Assembly (NCBI GenBank): GCA_965216875.1
Contig: OZ244207.1
Coordinates: 3,712,001-3,776,000 of the forward strand
Length of the DNA: 64,000 nucleotides
Reading direction: 5' to 3'
DNA from: Rubripirellula sp.
GTDB lineage: Bacteria > Planctomycetota > Planctomycetia > Pirellulales > Pirellulaceae
Shown: in pieces, positions 59,417-64,000 of the stretch
How the letters are laid out: each line of letters begins with the position of its first letter
Position numbering within the stretch: the first letter of the stretch is position 1
The notes under the pieces: generated by a model
Seen by the model: the letters and a program-made list of their open reading frames with translations, nothing else
What the model was told of the DNA's origin: nothing
Database searches by the model: none
Program-made: the position numbers and the translations under genes

Positions 59417-59437
59417 CGAACTCGAAGGCTGGTTCGT
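59377..59437. repeat. 23-bp tandem repeat, about 2.7 copies, overlapping the stop codon
   Basis: CGAAGG(C/T)TGGTTCGTAACGAACT repeated. Confidence 0.85.
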
Positions 59438-59635
59438 GAAACGCGAGTGCGGCTGTGGCAACTACGGTTGTTTGTGGATCGTCTGATGATTGCGAGGCTA
59501 GGGCCCGAGGCCTCACAGCCAGCGGCTCAGTGCTTGGGTGTGCAAGGAGCTGTTCGGGACGGACGCGTGATTGCCAACTCTTGATCGATCACGATAATCT
59601 GATCGAGCCCCTTTACCCGTGACGCCCAACGATTG

Positions 59636-62482
59636 ATGAGCAGCAACCAAATCTCGATACGTGGTTGTCGCGTTCACAATCTTCAGAATGTCGATATCGA
59701 CATCCCGCGTGGGAAGCTTGTGGTGGTTTGCGGGCTCTCGGGCAGCGGCAAGACTTCACTCGCACTCGACACGCTGTATGCCGAAGGGCAACGCTGTTAC
59801 ATCGAGAGTTTCTCGGCCTACACGCGTCAGTTCTTGCAGCGTCTGGACAAGCCCGATTGCGACGAGATCAACGGTATCCCCCCCGCGATCGCCGTCACTC
59901 GCGTGAGTGGTTCACGGACCAACCGCAGCACCGTCGCGACATCAACCGAAATCGCCGACCACCTGCGGTTGCTGTTTGCCAAAGTCGCATCGCTTCATTG
60001 TCACAAGTGTGGCCAGCCGGTTCAAAGCGATGACCCGGCCGCGGTCGCAGAAGCAATGACGGCCGCCGCAGCAAAACGAGCAATGGTGGGCTTCTCGGTT
60101 TGGCTTCCAAGTCGAAAGGATGCCAGCGAGATCTTGTTGGGCCTACAGCAGGAAGGTTACCTGCGATTGATCATCGGCGGCGAAACCTTCCACTTGTCCG
60201 ATAGCGACCGCAGTGCGCTGGCCAAAAAGGTGGGACGCAAAGGAACCGAGTGCGTCGTACTCGTCGATCGTCTCGGCGGTGACGCCGACCTCAGTCGCTG
60301 GACAGAATCGCTCGAAACAGCGATGGCCGAAGGGCATGGGCGCGCGGTGATCTTCACGTCAGTGGAGGAATCGACCGACAATGGCGAAAGCCGACGTGTC
60401 GTCGAAATCGATTCTCGGCAATGGCACCGCACCATCGTCAGTCGTGATCGGCGCTGTGATGCGTGCGACATTGATTTCCCCGATCCTGTGCCCCGACTGT
60501 TCAACTTCAACAACCCGCTGGGGGCTTGCCCGACGTGCGAGGGCTTCGGTGATGTCGTCGACGTAGACATGGATCTTGTCGTGCCCGACAAATCGCTCTC
60601 GCTCGCCGAGGGAGCCATAGCACCGTGGACCACTCCCTCTTACGAACATGAACTCGAAGAACTGCTGGAGTTGGCCGATGACTATGAGATTCCGGTTGAC
60701 GTTCCCTACAGCAAACTCAAGAAGAAACATCTCAAACTGATCCAACATGGCGTTCCCGAACGCGACTTTGGCGGCCTCGATGGTTTCTTTGCTTGGCTTG
60801 ATCGCAAAAAATACAAGATGCACATTCGCATCTTCGCCTCGCGTTTTCGCAGCTACCGCCCCTGTCCCGATTGTGGCGGCCGGAGGTTCAAACCGGAAAC
60901 GCTTGCCTACACTGTGGGCGAAAAGAACATCGCACAACTGCTTGAGATGCAAGCGGACGCAGCAACAACATTCTTTGCATCGCTTGACCTTGCCCAGCGT
61001 GAGTCCGACATCGCAGCGGAACCGCTGCAACAAATTGCGGATCGCTTGGGGTACCTACACAAAGTGGGACTCAGCTACCTGCAATTGTGCCGGCCACTGC
61101 GAACACTCTCAGGTGGCGAATACCAACGTGTTGCGTTGACCTCCGCACTCGGAAGCAGCCTGGTCAACATGCTTTACGTGCTCGACGAACCGACGGCAGG
61201 ACTCCATCCATCCGATGTTGAAACACTATCCAAAGCAATTGTGGGCCTGCGCGACCGCGGCAACACCGTCGTTGTCGTCGAACATGACGAAACCATGATC
61301 CGCATGGCCGACCGAGTGATCGAAATTGGACCCGCGGCGGGAACATCGGGCGGCCACGTGATGTTCGAAGGCACCACAAAACAGATGCTGCGCGACAAGA
61401 AGTCGTTGACGGGACAGTTCCTCAACGGCGACCGCGGCTGGACATTGAAGGGGCGTGAACCACGAAAACCACGAGGCTTCATCACCCTTAAAGGGGCACG
61501 TGGACATAACCTGCAAAGCGTCGACGTGGACTTTCCACTCGGAACACTCTGCTTGGTCACAGGCGTTTCGGGAAGCGGCAAAAGCTCGCTGGTTCAAGAC
61601 ACACTTTTTGGCGCGATCGCCCAACGAAAGAATGGCCACAACGCGAAACCGCTGCCCTTCAAGACGATTACCGGGCTAAGCCAAATCGAAGACTGCATGC
61701 TGATTGATCAATCGCCCATCAGCAAGAGTGCGCGCAGCTGTCCGGCGACGTACGTCAAAGCGTTCGATCCGATTCGCAAGGTCTTTGCCGACACCGTTGA
61801 TGCTCGCACCCGAAATTTTGGCGCGGGCCACTTCAGCTTCAACAGCGCGAAAGGGCAGTGCGCAAGTTGCGAAGGCGCTGGATTCCTCGAAATCGACATG
61901 CAGTTCTTGGCGGATGTTTCGATGCAGTGTCCAGCCTGTCGAGGCACGCGTTATCGCGACGACATCTTGGACGTTCATTATCGCGACCGATCGATCGCCG
62001 AAGTTCTCGACATGACGGTCCGAGAAGCTTATTCGTTTTTCCGTGGCTGCGAAAAAGTCCAGCAACGACTCAAACGAATGATTGATGTCGGCCTTGAGTA
62101 CATCACTCTTGGCCAGCCCGGCACAACCCTCTCCAGCGGCGAAGGACAACGATTGAAACTCGCCGCTTTCCTGGCGGCCGCCTCGCGCCGCCGGACACTC
62201 TTCATCATGGACGAACCAACCACGGGACTTCATTTTGCAGACATCGTCCGCCTGGTCGATTGCTTTGACGCGCTGCTTGATGATGGCCATTCGCTGGTGA
62301 TCGTCGAACACAATGCGATGCTGATGGAAGCGGCCGACTACCTGATCGACCTCGGCCCAGGTGCCTCGAGCGAGGGTGGCCAAGTGGTAGCAACGGGAAC
62401 ACCAGCCGAAGTGATGCTGGCAACCAACAGCGAGACCGGAAAGATCCTCCGGGACAAAGCGGTCGACACCGTTTCGAATTGA
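59636..62482 (+). CDS. uvrA: Excinuclease ABC subunit A family protein (possibly a paralogue)
   Basis: GLSGSGKTS, GVSGSGKSS, several CxxC zinc modules, LSGGEYQR and LSSGEGQR, DEPT twice. Confidence 0.92.
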   Translation: MSSNQISIRGCRVHNLQNVDIDIPRGKLVVVCGLSGSGKTSLALDTLYAEGQRCYIESFSAYTRQFLQRLDKPDCDEINGIPPAIAVTRVSGSRTNRSTVATSTEIADHLRLLFAKVASLHCHKCGQPVQSDDPAAVAEAMTAAAAKRAMVGFSVWLPSRKDASEILLGLQQEGYLRLIIGGETFHLSDSDRSALAKKVGRKGTECVVLVDRLGGDADLSRWTESLETAMAEGHGRAVIFTSVEESTDNGESRRVVEIDSRQWHRTIVSRDRRCDACDIDFPDPVPRLFNFNNPLGACPTCEGFGDVVDVDMDLVVPDKSLSLAEGAIAPWTTPSYEHELEELLELADDYEIPVDVPYSKLKKKHLKLIQHGVPERDFGGLDGFFAWLDRKKYKMHIRIFASRFRSYRPCPDCGGRRFKPETLAYTVGEKNIAQLLEMQADAATTFFASLDLAQRESDIAAEPLQQIADRLGYLHKVGLSYLQLCRPLRTLSGGEYQRVALTSALGSSLVNMLYVLDEPTAGLHPSDVETLSKAIVGLRDRGNTVVVVEHDETMIRMADRVIEIGPAAGTSGGHVMFEGTTKQMLRDKKSLTGQFLNGDRGWTLKGREPRKPRGFITLKGARGHNLQSVDVDFPLGTLCLVTGVSGSGKSSLVQDTLFGAIAQRKNGHNAKPLPFKTITGLSQIEDCMLIDQSPISKSARSCPATYVKAFDPIRKVFADTVDARTRNFGAGHFSFNSAKGQCASCEGAGFLEIDMQFLADVSMQCPACRGTRYRDDILDVHYRDRSIAEVLDMTVREAYSFFRGCEKVQQRLKRMIDVGLEYITLGQPGTTLSSGEGQRLKLAAFLAAASRRRTLFIMDEPTTGLHFADIVRLVDCFDALLDDGHSLVIVEHNAMLMEAADYLIDLGPGASSEGGQVVATGTPAEVMLATNSETGKILRDKAVDTVSN

Positions 62483-62622
62483 TCGACGCGCCACTCAGCG
62501 GACGAGGCCACGAGTCCCTTCGCACGCTTCTTCTCCAGCACCCCTTTCTTCCCAAGACAACTCGCCGTCTCTCTTGCGCGAAACTGCCTCGAAACAAAAC
62601 CATTTAATTCTATATTTTTTAG

Positions 62623-62650
62623 TTGACAAGCTTTCACCTACCGATACATT
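62623..62650 (+). promoter_or_regulatory. Putative sigma-70 promoter with AT-rich upstream tract
   Basis: TTGACA-16 nt-TACATT preceded by ATTTAATTCTATATTTTTT. Confidence 0.5.
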
Positions 62651-62773
62651 CGGCAAAGTCATTGTGGTCACAATGATTGGGGCAGGGCACTTGAGTCACC
62701 AGCGGTGGTTCGCTGGCACCGGCTCGGGTTCCAGACATGCCTCGTTTCACTTTTCTCTTCTAGGGGTAGAAGC

Positions 62774-63238
62774 ATGTTTGATTACTGGGGTAGGTACGTA
62801 CTTGCAGCGACTCTGGCTGCGTTTTGCGTCTCTGGAATTGCTGAAGAGACCAAATCGAAGCGGAGTTCAAAGTCCAAGAAAGCGGTTGAGGAGAAGGTGG
62901 AAGACAAGCTGACCGGACGTCTTCCACGTTATTTCGCATCGCTGGTTGACGAAGACCAGCGATCTGAAATCTACGAGATTCAGGCTGGCTATCTGGAGAA
63001 GATCAGCGAGCTTGAGGCAGAGCTGGCCGAACTTCGTGCTGCACAATTGAAGGAGATCGAGGAAGTCCTCACGTCGACTCAAAAGAAGGCTCTCGACGAT
63101 CTTCGCAGCGGTGACAAGAAGAAGGCAAGCTCGTCCGGGAAAAAGTCGACCTCGTCACGCAAGACGACTTCCAAGTCTTCTTCGTCCAAGAAGACTCCCA
63201 AGTCGTCCTCATCGTCGAAGTCGAAAAAGAAGTCTTGA
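62774..63238 (+). CDS. Secreted protein with helical core and Lys/Ser-rich tail
   Basis: Signal peptide, GRLPRYF..LV...QR..IY.IQ, EVLTSTQK and a basic C-terminus. Confidence 0.8.
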   Translation: MFDYWGRYVLAATLAAFCVSGIAEETKSKRSSKSKKAVEEKVEDKLTGRLPRYFASLVDEDQRSEIYEIQAGYLEKISELEAELAELRAAQLKEIEEVLTSTQKKALDDLRSGDKKKASSSGKKSTSSRKTTSKSSSSKKTPKSSSSSKSKKKS

Positions 63239-63597
63239 TCTATCTGGCAGGTCACAGGCCCGGCGGCAATCGCCGTCGGGCCGTTCGAATTCGCAGGCCC
63301 CCGCCAAAAGCCCGGCGCAAGCGTCTTGACGATCACCAATGAGCCTCGGGCCTCTTTTTAGGTAGCTAGCTACGCTCATTGAGCCGCGATCGCGTAAGCG
63401 GCCGGGCCTCTTGATCGCAATTTGCCTCAGTGTTCTCAGACCAAGACCCCGGAACGCAAACATATGCTTCGTGCTTCGTGCTTCGTGCTCGTGCTCAGCA
63501 AAGCGGTGCTCGTAATCGGCTTACCGATTTGCATTCGGTTGAAAAATCGGCGGCTAGCACCTTGCCGCTCAAGGTATCTCGCGCGATCGCGTCAGGA

Positions 63598-63657
63598 ATT
63601 GTCATGCACCGCATGACCTACGGTTCGCATTGTCATGCACAGCATGACCTACGGTTC
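63598..63657. repeat. Two tandem 31-bp REP-like palindromes (GTAG family, minus orientation)
   Basis: GTCATGCAC(C/A)GCATGACCTACGGTTC twice, related to 54981-55001. Confidence 0.8.
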
Positions 63658-63710
63658 AAGTTACAATGCGGTGGTTTGGTTTCCCCATCCCTCCGACCCC
63701 CACCACAGTC

Positions 63711-64000
63711 ATGACGCCTCTTTCACGCCGCCGCTTTCTTGCGCTCAGTTCCGCCGCAGCTGCTGGCGCCACGCTCTTTGACGCCCCGAAGGTCCTCGCG
63801 GCGGCACATGCAGACGATCCGTTTGGCGGGTGGCCGATCGGAATCCAAAGCTATTCACTTCGAAAGTTCGATCTCAATCAAGCCGTGCGCCACATGCACG
63901 GCCTGGGACTTCACTTCGTTGAGTTTTACAGCAAGCACGTTCCCGTCGATTCGACCGATCAACAACTCGCTGACATCAACAAGTTGCTCGGGGATGCCGA
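63711..64000 (+). CDS. Tat-exported sugar phosphate isomerase/epimerase (xylose isomerase-like TIM barrel), 5' partial
   Basis: Not in the ORF track. Reads MTPLSRRRFLALSSAAAAG...IGIQSYSLRKF...LGLHFVEFY and runs off the window. Confidence 0.85.
   Translation, partial: MTPLSRRRFLALSSAAAAGATLFDAPKVLAAAHADDPFGGWPIGIQSYSLRKFDLNQAVRHMHGLGLHFVEFYSKHVPVDSTDQQLADINKLLGDA

Overview
Bacterial chromosomal window with planctomycete (Pirellulaceae-like) hallmarks: an 'RRLRMESLERRLLLA' N-terminus on a GEVED/dockerin surface protein, DUF1559, DUF1080, a TIGR02996-type domain and several ECF sigma factors. The taxonomy is inferred from gene content only. It holds about 42 plausible CDSs, including housekeeping genes (leuS, a uvrA-family gene, mqnE plus a UbiA prenyltransferase, an RpoD/RpoS-family sigma), and tRNA-Lys(CTT). 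The left two-thirds is accessory-rich. Main points of interest: (1) a 1606-aa fusion of serine hydrolase, unassigned beta-domains, heme-c domain and PQQ-type sugar dehydrogenase inside an AraC/DUF1080/GH29 glycan locus; (2) a ZnuA-fold lipoprotein lacking two canonical His ligands, paired with a LolD/FtsX-type ABC system and an AsmA-like protein; (3) two well-formed unannotated structured RNA candidates (about 271-390, minus strand; about 46298-46526, plus strand); (4) a soluble CheX-histidine kinase fusion with a CheY-like regulator; (5) an orphan phage-like gene pair carrying a TIGR02996-type domain; (6) several REP/BIME-like families and short tandem repeats overlapping stop codons. No CRISPR array, integrase, transposase or rRNA was seen. 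All family calls come from motif recognition by eye, not from database searches.
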